Source: an uncultured Candidatus Binatia bacterium
Lineage (GTDB): Bacteria; Desulfobacterota; Binatia; UBA9968; JAJDTQ01
Direction: 5' to 3'
NCBI GenBank assembly: GCA_965215605.1
Contig: OZ244070.1
Span: 2,176,001-2,240,000, forward strand
DNA length: 64,000 nucleotides
Under the pieces are notes generated by a model that did no database searches, had not been told where the DNA came from, and saw nothing but the letters and a program-made list of their open reading frames with translations. Made by a program: the position numbers and the translations under genes. This document shows positions 47,230 to 56,844 of the stretch, in pieces; position 1 is the first letter of the stretch, and each line of letters begins with the position of its first letter.

Positions 47230-48207
47230 ATGAGAAAGTGGCTTGCCCTCGCTGTGTTGCTGACTCTGGTGGCCTTTGCGCAATCGGCCACCGTCGCGGC
47301 GGCGGACTTTCCGAAGAAGAACATTACCATCATCGTCGCGGGCTCTCCCGGCGGCGGTTTCGACCGGCTCGCCCGGGGCATCGGCAGGACCATGCGGAAG
47401 TACCTGCCCAAGGGCGTCCATCTGGTGGTCAAGAACATCACCGGCGGCGGCCTGGTCATCGGCACGGTGGCCATGTACAAGGCCAAGCCCGACGGCTACA
47501 CGCTGGGGCACCTGTTCACCGACGGCATGCTCGGCAAGCAGTTGATCAGCGGCGTCGCCAAGACCGGCTACGACGTCACCAAGTTCACCTACATCGCGCG
47601 GGTCGGAGCCGAGCCCTACAGCCTGATCGTGGGCAAGAACTCCAAGTTCCATACCCTTGAGGACCTCCGGAAGGCCAAGCGGGTGAAATGGGGCGTGGAA
47701 GGCATCGGCGTGTCGCGCTGGATTCCGACTTTCGTGGCGGCCAAGGAGCTGGGCATCCCGATGGACGTGGTGTCGGGGTACCGAGGCACCAGCGAGGGCA
47801 TCCCGGCCATGATCCGGAACGACTTCGACGTCTATCTGCAGCCCATCGACCACCCCACCACCGCCACCTACATCGCGTCGGGCGACGTGAGGCCGGTCCT
47901 CCACCTGCACGGCGAACGGCCGGTGAATGCCCCCGACACGCCCACGGCCAAGGAGAAGGGGGTCGATCTCCGCCTCTACGTGGGCCGCAGCATCGTGGCG
48001 CCTCCGGGTCTGCCCGATGACCGGAAGAAGATCCTGGAAGACCTGTTCATGAAGGCCATGACCGATCCGGAATACAAGGAGTTCCTGGCCAAGTCCAAGA
48101 GCCCCATCGTCCCCGGTGACTCCAAGGTGGCGCAGGCCGATCTGGACAACTACGTGAAGACCTACAGCAAGTACACCCAAGCCATGCGCGACGCATTGCC
48201 GAAATAG
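47230..48207 (+). CDS. tctC: TTT substrate-binding protein (TctC/Bug family), orphan
   Basis: RBS AGGAGG, signal peptide, FPKKNITIIVAGSPGGGFD and KPDGYT. Confidence 0.88.
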   Translation: MRKWLALAVLLTLVAFAQSATVAAADFPKKNITIIVAGSPGGGFDRLARGIGRTMRKYLPKGVHLVVKNITGGGLVIGTVAMYKAKPDGYTLGHLFTDGMLGKQLISGVAKTGYDVTKFTYIARVGAEPYSLIVGKNSKFHTLEDLRKAKRVKWGVEGIGVSRWIPTFVAAKELGIPMDVVSGYRGTSEGIPAMIRNDFDVYLQPIDHPTTATYIASGDVRPVLHLHGERPVNAPDTPTAKEKGVDLRLYVGRSIVAPPGLPDDRKKILEDLFMKAMTDPEYKEFLAKSKSPIVPGDSKVAQADLDNYVKTYSKYTQAMRDALPK

Positions 48208-48214
48208 TGCGCGA

Positions 48215-48254
48215 CGGGTAGCGGGGACCGGTGACCCCCGGTCACCGCTGCCCG
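48215..48254. terminator. Long GC hairpin after tctC
   Basis: CGGGTAGCGGGGACCGG ... CCGGTCACCGCTGCCCG. Confidence 0.45.
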
Positions 48255-48270
48255 CGGAAAGCGAGATCGG

Positions 48271-49605
48271 ATGAATCAACCCGCCAAACCGGGCACCGGG
48301 CCGCGTCCGCCCATACCGCTGCCCTTTCACTACGCCTGGCTCGTCGTGGCCGTGACCTTCTTCGCCAGCTTCAACGGCGCCGGCATCCGTGTGGTTCCCA
48401 CCGTGCTGATCCTTCCGCTCGAAGCGGAATTTGGATGGGCTCGGTCCGCCATCACCTTCGGGATCTCCATCAACCTTCTGCTCTACGGCGCCGCCGCTCC
48501 TGTAGTGGGCTGGGTTCTGGACAAGTACGGGCCGCGCCGGGTGATGATGACCTCGCTGACCCTGCTCTTGGCGGGTCTGTTGGGCACCACTCTAGTATCC
48601 CAGTTGTGGCAGTTCTGGCTGACCTGGGGAGTCATGGTGGGGTTGGGGGCCGGCGGCATGTCCGGCGTGCTCTCCGCTTCGGTGGCGCATCGCTGGTTCA
48701 ACGCCCGGCGGGGACTCGCGGTGGGGATTCTCAGCAGCGGCAGCTCTTCGGGACAGATCGTCTTCGCCCCGTTCATGCTCCTGATCATCGGATACATAGG
48801 CTGGCGCATGGGTTCTTACGTGTTGGTTGCCTGCACGGTCGTGGCGGTGGCGATGGTCTGGCTGCTCATGCGCGACAAACCCGACGACGTCGGTCTGGAG
48901 CCCTACAACGAGGGGATCGGGGCAGAGACGGCGCCGGTGGTGGACAAAACGGCAGCCAAACAGGAGGAAGCGAAGCCCGCGGGACCGGTGATGGGCATCC
49001 GGGACGCCATCAAGACGCCCACCTTCTGGCTCCTGTGCGGGGTGTTCTCCATCTGTGGCGGCACCGCCAACGGGCTCATCGGAACCCACCTGATCCCTCA
49101 TGCCCTGGAGGAGGGATTCGAGGTGGCGACCGTCAGCTTTGCGTTCGCCCTGATGGGGACCATGAACATCATCGGGACGCTGTTCTCCGGCTGGTTGACC
49201 GACCGGGTCGATCCGCGAAAGCTGATTGCCGCGGTGTTCACCCTGCGGGGGTTGGCGCTCTTCTATCTGACGCTGGTGGACAACACCAGCGGACTCCTCA
49301 TCTTTACGGTCATCTACGGACTCGACTGGTTCGCCACGGTTCCGCCGGTGGTCACTCTCGCCGGCCAGACTTTCGGCAAGCAGTCCATCGGCCGGATCTA
49401 CGGTTGGATCTTCCTGTCGCACCAGATCGGCGGGTTCGCCATGGCCAACGCCGGCGGCCTCCTGTACGACTACGTGGGGAACTACGAGCTGGCGTTCTTC
49501 GCCGGCGGCTGGATGGGACTGATGGCCGCGGCGTTCGGGCTCAGCATCCGGCCCAGGAAGCCGATGCCGCCGCTGGCGCCGACGCCTGCCGGGGCGGCGG
49601 CCTAA
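48271..49605 (+). CDS. MFS transporter (paralog of 18952-20271)
   Basis: Shared motifs SINLLLYG, HRWF, ICGGT.NGLIG and YGLDWFATVPP. Confidence 0.9.
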   Translation: MNQPAKPGTGPRPPIPLPFHYAWLVVAVTFFASFNGAGIRVVPTVLILPLEAEFGWARSAITFGISINLLLYGAAAPVVGWVLDKYGPRRVMMTSLTLLLAGLLGTTLVSQLWQFWLTWGVMVGLGAGGMSGVLSASVAHRWFNARRGLAVGILSSGSSSGQIVFAPFMLLIIGYIGWRMGSYVLVACTVVAVAMVWLLMRDKPDDVGLEPYNEGIGAETAPVVDKTAAKQEEAKPAGPVMGIRDAIKTPTFWLLCGVFSICGGTANGLIGTHLIPHALEEGFEVATVSFAFALMGTMNIIGTLFSGWLTDRVDPRKLIAAVFTLRGLALFYLTLVDNTSGLLIFTVIYGLDWFATVPPVVTLAGQTFGKQSIGRIYGWIFLSHQIGGFAMANAGGLLYDYVGNYELAFFAGGWMGLMAAAFGLSIRPRKPMPPLAPTPAGAAA

Positions 49606-49627
49606 GGGGTGCCGGCGCCGAGGGGTT

Positions 49628-50086
49628 TCACGACCCCTTGTTCGTCTTCCCGGCGGAGTCGAGATTGTAAACGGCCTGCCAGGGCACGGAGCAGTGGGCC
49701 CAGACCAGGGGCTCGAACTTCTCCCACCACTCTACGTCACGCCCCTCCATGCTCAGCACCCGCACCATGCGCACCATGTCCTGGATCTGGTATTTTTCCA
49801 GGGCGTGCCGGAAGGCGGGCATGATGCCCGTGCCTTCCTTGATGATCCGGCGGATTTCGAAGACGTCCCGGTTCTCCGCGGTGTGGCGGAAATCCGGGAC
49901 CTCGGCCGAGAGCGCCTTGGCAATGGGGCCGTCCCCCCGGCCCGAGGGACCATGGCAGCTCGCGCAGCGCTGGGCGTAGACGAGCTTCATCTCCTCCTCC
50001 CGGATGCAGCCGGAAAGGGCCGCCAGGGCCAGTAGCAGGAGCCCTGCCCGGAGGAAGGGTCTGGGGTAGCGGAACTTCGCCGACAT
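49628..50086 (-). CDS. Monoheme cytochrome c lipoprotein
   Basis: Lipobox LSGC, heme motif CASCHG and distal Met in MPAF. Confidence 0.8.
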   Translation of the reverse strand: MSAKFRYPRPFLRAGLLLLALAALSGCIREEEMKLVYAQRCASCHGPSGRGDGPIAKALSAEVPDFRHTAENRDVFEIRRIIKEGTGIMPAFRHALEKYQIQDMVRMVRVLSMEGRDVEWWEKFEPLVWAHCSVPWQAVYNLDSAGKTNKGS

Positions 50087-50231
50087 CACCTTTTCTCCTA
50101 TCATCTTGAGTGCTTGAACAAAACAGATCATTGGGGCATCCGACCCGCCGGATGCACGGGACGATTGGCTTTCTCTCCCTGAACCCGATAGGCTTGGTCG
50201 CGTCTATCTCTCGTGAACGAGGGGTTTCGAG

Positions 50232-50834
50232 ATGGCCATCAGGATTACACGCGTGTATACGCGCACCGGCGACGACGGCACCACCGGCCTCGTGGGCGGC
50301 AAGCGGGTGCCCAAGGACTCCGAGAGGGTCGAGGCCTACGGCACCGTGGACGAGCTCAATGCAGTGGTGGGCTTGGTGCGGGCCTGGAACGAGCAGGGGA
50401 CGGGGGCGCGGGAGCTGCATCTCAAGCTCGACGCGACCCTCCAGCAGATCCAGCAGGAACTGTTCGATCTCGGCAGCGAGCTGGCGACACCCGGGGACTT
50501 CACCTACGACGGCATGCACCGGGTAGGGGAGGATGAGGTGACCCGCCTCGAGGGACTCATCAACGAGTGCCAGAAGGAGCTCGAGCCGCTCAAGTCCTTC
50601 ACCCTGCCCGGCGGCGGACCCATCAGCGCGCAGCTTCACCAGTGCCGGACGGTGTGCCGGCGGGCCGAGCGGGAGGTCCTCCGGTTGTCCCGGGTCGAAG
50701 AGGTGGGCGAATGGCCCCTCAAGTACGTCAACCGATTGAGCGACCTCTTCTACGTTCTGGGGCGATGGGTGGGCCGGAATCTGGGGGAGACGGAGTACCT
50801 CTGGCAAAGGGGTCTGACGAAGGGGCCGAAGTAG
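50232..50834 (+). CDS. PduO-type cob(I)alamin adenosyltransferase
   Basis: Motifs VYTRTGDDGTTGL, YGTVDELN, RTVCRRAER and NRLSD. Confidence 0.92.
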   Translation: MAIRITRVYTRTGDDGTTGLVGGKRVPKDSERVEAYGTVDELNAVVGLVRAWNEQGTGARELHLKLDATLQQIQQELFDLGSELATPGDFTYDGMHRVGEDEVTRLEGLINECQKELEPLKSFTLPGGGPISAQLHQCRTVCRRAEREVLRLSRVEEVGEWPLKYVNRLSDLFYVLGRWVGRNLGETEYLWQRGLTKGPK

Positions 50835-50888
50835 GCGCGCGGCAAGCGCGCGGAAAGTCCGTCGCGGCGGCGGACGGCGGAGTCGGAT

Positions 50889-51662
50889 ATGGCGGGAATC
50901 CTTGCAGGCAGGAAGGCGTTGATCTTTGGCGTGGCCAATGAGCGGAGCATTGCCTGGGCGGTGGCGCGGGAGCTCCATGCCCAAGGGGCGGAGCTGGCCT
51001 TCACCTACGCCGGAGAAGTGCTGGAGAAGCGCGTCAGGCCCCTGGCCGAAGGCATCGGCTCCAGCCTCGTCCTGCCGTGCGACGTCACCCGGGACGACGA
51101 GATCGAGGCGGTCTTCGAGACCGTCGGCCGCGAGTGGGGCGGCCTCGACATCCTGGTGCACGCCATCGCCTACGCCAGGAAGGAAGACCTGTCCCAGCCC
51201 TACGTGCAGACCGGACGGGAGGGATTTCATACGGCCCTGGACATCAGCAGCTACTCGCTGGTGGCGCTGACGCGCCACGCCGCCGAGCTCATGAAGGGGC
51301 GCGGCGGCGCGGTGGTGACGCTGACCTACATGGGGTCGGAAAAGGTGATCCCCAACTACAACGTCATGGGCGTGGCCAAGGCGGCGCTGGAGGCCAGCGT
51401 CCGTTATCTGGCCCATGACCTCGGCCCGGCGGGGATCCGGGTCAACGCCATCTCGGCCGGTCCGGTGAAGACCTTGGCCGCCTCCGGCATCGCCGGGTTC
51501 CGGGACATGCTGCATCTCGTCAGCGAGCGGGCGCCGCTCAGGCGCAACGTCGACCCGGCCGAGATCGGCCGGACCGCCGTCTATCTCGTGAGCGACCTGG
51601 GGAGCGGCGTGACCGGGGAGACGCTCCACGTCGATGCCGGCTACAACGTGATGGGCATGTGA
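50889..51662 (+). CDS. fabI: Enoyl-ACP reductase FabI
   Basis: Motifs GVANERSIAW, YNVMGVAKAALE, NAISAGPVKTLA and HVDAG. Confidence 0.95.
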   Translation: MAGILAGRKALIFGVANERSIAWAVARELHAQGAELAFTYAGEVLEKRVRPLAEGIGSSLVLPCDVTRDDEIEAVFETVGREWGGLDILVHAIAYARKEDLSQPYVQTGREGFHTALDISSYSLVALTRHAAELMKGRGGAVVTLTYMGSEKVIPNYNVMGVAKAALEASVRYLAHDLGPAGIRVNAISAGPVKTLAASGIAGFRDMLHLVSERAPLRRNVDPAEIGRTAVYLVSDLGSGVTGETLHVDAGYNVMGM

Positions 51663-51744
51663 GCGCCGGCGGGGCGCGATGGCGCGCAAGGGCGGGTTCG
51701 AGACCCGCTCAGCCGGTCATGCGGAAGCGAACGGGGGACAGAGC

Positions 51745-52176
51745 GTGAAGGAGATTTCGCCGCAGGAAGCCTACGATACGTTACGGCAGGACGCCGAGGC
51801 CGTCTACGTCGATGTGCGCACGGTGGAGGAGTTTGCCGCCGGCCATCCGGAGGGGGCGGTCAATATTCCCATTGCGTTCCTCGATCCGGCCCAGGGCATG
51901 GTCTACAACCACGACTTCGTCGACGTGGTGGAGCGGCATTTCGCCAGGGACCGGAAGCTGCTGCTGGGATGCAAGGCGGGTCCGCGCTCGAACAACGCCG
52001 CCAATCTCCTGGAGCAGCAGGGCTACCAGGACGTGGCCAGCGTGCGCGGCGGCTTCGGCGGGATGGTGGACCCCTACGGGCAGGTGCTGGTGGAGGGCTG
52101 GGCGGGGCTGGGTCTTCCGGTGAGCCAGGACAACGGCGAAGGCACGAGCTACGAGTCGCTGGCCGGCGAGGAGTAG
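51745..52176 (+). CDS. Rhodanese-like domain protein
   Basis: Motifs YVDVRTVEEFAAGHPEGAVNIP and active loop CKAGPRS. Start may be 51679. Confidence 0.85.
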   Translation: MKEISPQEAYDTLRQDAEAVYVDVRTVEEFAAGHPEGAVNIPIAFLDPAQGMVYNHDFVDVVERHFARDRKLLLGCKAGPRSNNAANLLEQQGYQDVASVRGGFGGMVDPYGQVLVEGWAGLGLPVSQDNGEGTSYESLAGEE

Positions 52177-52351
52177 TGACATGTTGACGGTCCGCCTCGA
52201 CTGCTTGACAGGGGTCCGGTTCTTGGGTCATAAAGGCACGTTTAAAACGGACCCTCTCCCAATACAAATCAAGACGTTACCGCCAATCGGCCGCTGCCGC
52301 GGCGAGGGCTTTCCCGTTCATTCGAGCGCCTGACGTTCAGAGATCGACCTT

Positions 52352-54436
52352 ATGGACACGTTAGAAGCATTTTACACCGGACTGGCCAATATCCTGCCGT
52401 TCTCGCCCGCCGGACAGGATCCGTTCCTGTTCATGCTCATCGGCATCGCCATCGGGTTCGTCGTGGGCATTCTGCCGGGGCTCGGGGGCGCCACGACCCT
52501 GGCGCTCATGCTGCCCTTCATCTACAAGATGGACCCCACCACCGCGTTCGCGTTCCTGCTGGGCTCCAACGCGGTGACCGCCACCACCGGGGACATCACC
52601 TCGATCCTGTTCGGGGTGCCGGGCGAGGGCATCACCGCCGCCACCATCGTCGACGGCCATCCCATGGCGAAGAAGGGCGAGGCCGGCCGCGCCTTGGGAG
52701 CCGCGCTCATGAGCTCGCTGGTGGGCGCGATCTTCGGCGCCTTCGCCCTGGCCCTGGCCATACCCATCGTCCAGCCTCTGGTGCTCTCCATCGGCTCCTC
52801 GGAGTTCTTCATGCTGGCGCTCCTGGGCATCACCTTCGTGGCGTCCCTGAGCGGCGGCAACCTCCTCAAGGGGTTGTGCACCGGCGCCCTCGGACTCGTT
52901 CTGGCCACCATCGGCCTGGATCCCATCGAGAGCGTCCCGCGGTTTACCCTCGATCCCCTCATCGGGGAAGACGCCGCGCTCTTCCTGTGGGACGGCTTGT
53001 CGCTGGTGTCGGTCACCGTGGGTCTTTTCGCCATTCCCGAGATCATCGAATTGTCGGTTCAGGGGTCGAGCATCGCGCGCCGAACCACCGGCAAGCTGGG
53101 CGGCGTCATGCAGGGCATCATGGACACCTTCCGCCACTGGAAGCTGGTGCTGGCGTGCAGCGCCATCGGTTCCTACATCGGCCTCATTCCGGGGCTCGGC
53201 GGCGGACCGGCCCAGTGGGTGGCCTACGCCCACGCGGTGCAGAGCTCGCCGGGCGACAAGGACCGCTTCGGCAAGGGGGCCATCGAGGGCGTCCTCGGAC
53301 CCGGCGCCGCCAACAACTCCAAGGAAGGCGGTTCGCTGGTCCCGACCATCGCGTTCGGGGTGCCGGGCAGCGTCTCCATGGCCATCCTGCTGGGGGCCTT
53401 CATCATCCAGGGAATCGTCCCGGGACCGGACCTGCTGGATCCGGCCAAGCACCTGAACCTGACGTTCTCGTTCGTGTGGATCATCGTCGTCTCGAACATC
53501 ATCACCGTAGCCGTGTGCCTGCTGTTCCTGAATCAGCTCGCGCGGATCACGTTCGTCAAAGGGACCTTCCTGATCCCGTTCCTCCTGCTGCTGATCTATC
53601 TGGGCGGCTTCGCCGTCAACAACGCCTTCGGCGATATGGTGATGGTGCTGATATTCGGCGCGGTGGGGTGGCTGATGGTGCGTTTCGACTGGCAGCGGCC
53701 GCCGCTGCTGCTGGGACTCGTGCTCGGCGGCATCGCGGAGAACAACCTGTTCATCGCCACCAAGGTTTACGGCGCCGGATTCGTGTTGCGGCCGGGTGTC
53801 CTGTTGATCGCGTTGCTGATTGTCGCGGGACTTTGCTACCCCATGTTCCAGGCCTGGCGGGAAAAGAAGCGGCTCGAGCGGCACGAAGCCAAGTTCGAAG
53901 TGCCGGGGGTCACCAAGACCGTCGAGGCGATCTCGCGCAACGAGCGCGTGGCATACGGCGTCTTCGCCTTGTCTTTCGTTGCGTTGTTCACCTACGTTCT
54001 GCGTGAGAGTTTCTTCGGCTTCGGCGCCGACGAGGAGCGCGCCGCGCTGTTCCCCATGATCATCGGCCTGCCGGCTTTTTTCATCAGCGTGGCGGTCTTC
54101 GTGAAGGAGATCCGCACCACCACCAGGGTCGTGGTGCACGGCGAAGAGGGCGTGGAGGAGGCGGAGGAGGAGATCTCCCCCGCCGAAACGCGCCGCCGGA
54201 CCGCAGCCATCGGCGCCTGGGTGGTGGGGTTCTTCCTCTCCATATGGCTGATCGGATTCGTGTGGTCGTCACTGGTGGCGACGTTCCTCTACCTCAAGCT
54301 CGGCGCCCGTGAGGGCTGGCTGATCACCGTCATCCTGACGGCGGTGGCGTATGCGTTCTTCGCCGGCGTCTTCGATTTGTTGCTCCACCTGCCCTTTCCG
54401 CCCGGCGACCTGTTCGTCTGGCTGGGACTTGATTGA
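52352..54436 (+). CDS. tctA: TctA-TctB fusion tripartite tricarboxylate transporter
   Basis: TctA motifs (GILPGLGG, DGHPMA, GAANNS, FGVPGS) followed by about 180 aa of TctB-like helices (LFPMIIG...LLHLPFPPG). Confidence 0.85.
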   Translation: MDTLEAFYTGLANILPFSPAGQDPFLFMLIGIAIGFVVGILPGLGGATTLALMLPFIYKMDPTTAFAFLLGSNAVTATTGDITSILFGVPGEGITAATIVDGHPMAKKGEAGRALGAALMSSLVGAIFGAFALALAIPIVQPLVLSIGSSEFFMLALLGITFVASLSGGNLLKGLCTGALGLVLATIGLDPIESVPRFTLDPLIGEDAALFLWDGLSLVSVTVGLFAIPEIIELSVQGSSIARRTTGKLGGVMQGIMDTFRHWKLVLACSAIGSYIGLIPGLGGGPAQWVAYAHAVQSSPGDKDRFGKGAIEGVLGPGAANNSKEGGSLVPTIAFGVPGSVSMAILLGAFIIQGIVPGPDLLDPAKHLNLTFSFVWIIVVSNIITVAVCLLFLNQLARITFVKGTFLIPFLLLLIYLGGFAVNNAFGDMVMVLIFGAVGWLMVRFDWQRPPLLLGLVLGGIAENNLFIATKVYGAGFVLRPGVLLIALLIVAGLCYPMFQAWREKKRLERHEAKFEVPGVTKTVEAISRNERVAYGVFALSFVALFTYVLRESFFGFGADEERAALFPMIIGLPAFFISVAVFVKEIRTTTRVVVHGEEGVEEAEEEISPAETRRRTAAIGAWVVGFFLSIWLIGFVWSSLVATFLYLKLGAREGWLITVILTAVAYAFFAGVFDLLLHLPFPPGDLFVWLGLD

Positions 54437-54505
54437 GACTCCGGAGGAAGCGACACGAAGGTGGCTCCCTCCGGGCTTCCCCCGGACGGTTCCCGGGTGG
54501 GCGTG

Positions 54506-54534
54506 TTGACCCGGTCCGGGGCGTCGGATAGGGT
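54506..54534 (+). promoter_or_regulatory. Putative sigma70 promoter upstream of the M48 gene
   Basis: TTGACC-17 bp-TAGGGT, with the ATG 7 nt after the -10 box. Confidence 0.35.
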
Positions 54535-54541
54535 TTAAGGT

Positions 54542-55912
54542 ATGCGGACGCCTCTCTACCGTCTCGCCGTGGTGTCGGTGGTTGCCTGCTTCGCCACGGC
54601 AGGTCTCGGCGCGCCGGCGGCCCACGCCCTTTCGCAGCAGGAGGAGATCCGCATCAGCCGCGAGTTCCGGCAGCAGGCCCGGCAGCACCTCAAGTTTGTC
54701 GAGGATCCCGAGGTCGAGTTGTATGTGGACGGTATGGCCCGCCGCATCCTCGAAGCCGTCGGCAACATCCGATACCCCTACCGTTTCTTCGTCATCCAGG
54801 ACGACTCCATGAACGCGTTCGCGGTGCCGGGAGGGAGCATCTTCCTTCACTCGGGCCTGATTGAACGCGTGGAGACCTCGGACGAGTTGGCGTCGGTGGT
54901 CGCCCATGAGATCGTGCACGTCAACGCGCGGCATTTCGCCAGCCTGTCCTCCTCTTCCGACACGGCCATGCTGGTGGGGGTGCTTGGTGTGTTCCTGGCC
55001 CCGGTCCTGGGCCCCGCGGCGCTGGCCGGCCCCGCCGTCGCCATGAGCCGGCAACTCGAGTTCAGCCGGCAGATGGAAGAGCAGGCCGACAACCTGGGCG
55101 TCTCCTACCTCGCACGCGCCGGCTACGATCCCCAGGCCGCGGTGGATTTCATGAACCGGCTGTATCAAGAACGGATACTGAACCCCGTGGGAAGACCTCC
55201 CTACCTGATGACCCACCCCTTGACGGACAAACGGATCGGCAATCTGGTGGCCTCGATACGGACCCGCGGACTGAAGCGCCCGCGCTTCAGGGAGGGCGAC
55301 GAGATCCACCGCGTCAAGCTGGTGATCGAGTTGCGGAACGATCCGCAGGCGGTGGTGGAACGGTTGCAGAAGGCCCACGACAGGCATCCGGAGGCGGCCA
55401 TGCCCACCTACTCGCTGGGCATCGGCTATGCCGCCACCGGCCGGTGGGTGCGCGCGAGGGACATGCTGGAGCGGGCGGCGCGGTTGAAGCCGGCCATCCC
55501 GAACCTCGACCGGGACCTCGGACGGACGTACATCCATACGGAAGAGTTTGCCAAGGCCCACGCGGCATTCGACCGCATGTTGAAGCGCAAGCCCGACGAT
55601 CCCATCACCCACCTGTACCGAGGTCAGCTCTTCGGAAAGGAGGCTCGCTTCCGTCAAGCGGCGGATGCCTATCTCCGGGTGCGCCGGTTCGCCCCTTCCT
55701 GGCCGGAGGCCGCCCGGAGGCTGGGCTATGCCTACCGCAAGCTGAACCAGCCGGGGAAAGCGCACTACCATCTGGCGCAGTCGTACCTGTTGCGGGACGA
55801 GATCGGCAAGGCCATCGATTCGCTGGAGCGAGCCGCCCGGCATTACGAGCCGGACTCTCCCAGGCTGCAGGTTATCGAGGACGAAATCGCGGCCATACGC
55901 GCCGGCGGTTGA
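54542..55912 (+). CDS. BepA/YfgC-like M48 metalloprotease with TPR repeats
   Basis: Signal peptide, NAFAVPGG, HEIVH, FSRQMEEQAD, THP and a TPR C-terminus. Confidence 0.88.
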   Translation: MRTPLYRLAVVSVVACFATAGLGAPAAHALSQQEEIRISREFRQQARQHLKFVEDPEVELYVDGMARRILEAVGNIRYPYRFFVIQDDSMNAFAVPGGSIFLHSGLIERVETSDELASVVAHEIVHVNARHFASLSSSSDTAMLVGVLGVFLAPVLGPAALAGPAVAMSRQLEFSRQMEEQADNLGVSYLARAGYDPQAAVDFMNRLYQERILNPVGRPPYLMTHPLTDKRIGNLVASIRTRGLKRPRFREGDEIHRVKLVIELRNDPQAVVERLQKAHDRHPEAAMPTYSLGIGYAATGRWVRARDMLERAARLKPAIPNLDRDLGRTYIHTEEFAKAHAAFDRMLKRKPDDPITHLYRGQLFGKEARFRQAADAYLRVRRFAPSWPEAARRLGYAYRKLNQPGKAHYHLAQSYLLRDEIGKAIDSLERAARHYEPDSPRLQVIEDEIAAIRAGG

Positions 55913-55918
55913 CCGTCC

Positions 55919-56665
55919 TCAATCGGTAAGCGCCCGCCGCAGCCGTCCGCGGGCCTGCACGTAGAGCTGGCAGGTCCTGGCTTCCGTCACCCCCAATTGC
56001 TCACCGATCTCCCGGAACTTGAGCTCCTGGTAGTGCCGCAGGGTTACCACCAGACGTTCACGTTCCGGCAGCATCGCCACCGCCCGTTTGAGCTTGTCCT
56101 CCATGTCCCGGCGCTCGACGGTATCCACGGGGTCCTCGGCATGCTCTGTGCCCCAGCCGTCCCGGTCGAGGACGAGGCTTGGTCCGGAAGCCGGGTCATC
56201 GAGGCTCAGGTGCTTCTGTTCGAGGACCCGGTGGTTGATCTTGTGGTACGTTTCCAACGGCAACTCCAGCTTGCCGGCCATCTCTTCCGAAGTGGCCTCG
56301 CGCCCCAGGCGTTCGCAGAGTTGCTGGCGCGCGGCGGTCACACGGCGTCCCCAGGCCCGGATCGAACGGCTTACCCAATCCAGCGAGCGCAGGCACTGAA
56401 TCATCTCGCCGTAGATACGGTGCCGGGCGTAGAGGTGGAACGAGACGCCCCGCTGGGGATCGTAACGCTCCAATGCCTCCAGCAGGCCCACGACCCCCGA
56501 GTTCACCAGGGATTCGAGATCGATGTTCGACGGCACCCGGCGATGGAGCTGGCGGGCCATGCGTTCGACGAGGGGAAGGCAGGCGGCGATGAGCTGTTTT
56601 CGGGAGCCGGCTTGCCCGGCCGCGGGAACCCTCCCCGGCTTGGCGCCGGCAGGCGAATCGTTCAT
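55919..56665 (-). CDS. FliA/WhiG-family sigma factor
   Basis: Motifs GVVGLLEALERYDP, LRSLDWVSRS and region 4 LPERERLVVTLRHYQELKFREIG. Confidence 0.88.
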   Translation of the reverse strand: MNDSPAGAKPGRVPAAGQAGSRKQLIAACLPLVERMARQLHRRVPSNIDLESLVNSGVVGLLEALERYDPQRGVSFHLYARHRIYGEMIQCLRSLDWVSRSIRAWGRRVTAARQQLCERLGREATSEEMAGKLELPLETYHKINHRVLEQKHLSLDDPASGPSLVLDRDGWGTEHAEDPVDTVERRDMEDKLKRAVAMLPERERLVVTLRHYQELKFREIGEQLGVTEARTCQLYVQARGRLRRALTD

Positions 56666-56844
56666 GGCGACACGAGAGCGCAAGGCCCGTGCCAGCCGCC
56701 ATGAGAGGCGAAGAATCCTGTGCCTACGGCAGGTTGGCGAGAGTGGGTCCGTCCTCCCGCCGGGGCCGAGTGTCAACGACCGGGAGAGAAGGCGTCATCC
56801 GGTTGGCGCTTTTCCGGGACGGCGAGGCCGGCAAACCGCTGGCG

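Noticed and set aside
51688-51712. tRNA-like GGTTCGA motif
   Set aside because: Only a short hairpin (GCGGGTTCGAGACCCGC) with no cloverleaf; more likely a degenerate REP.
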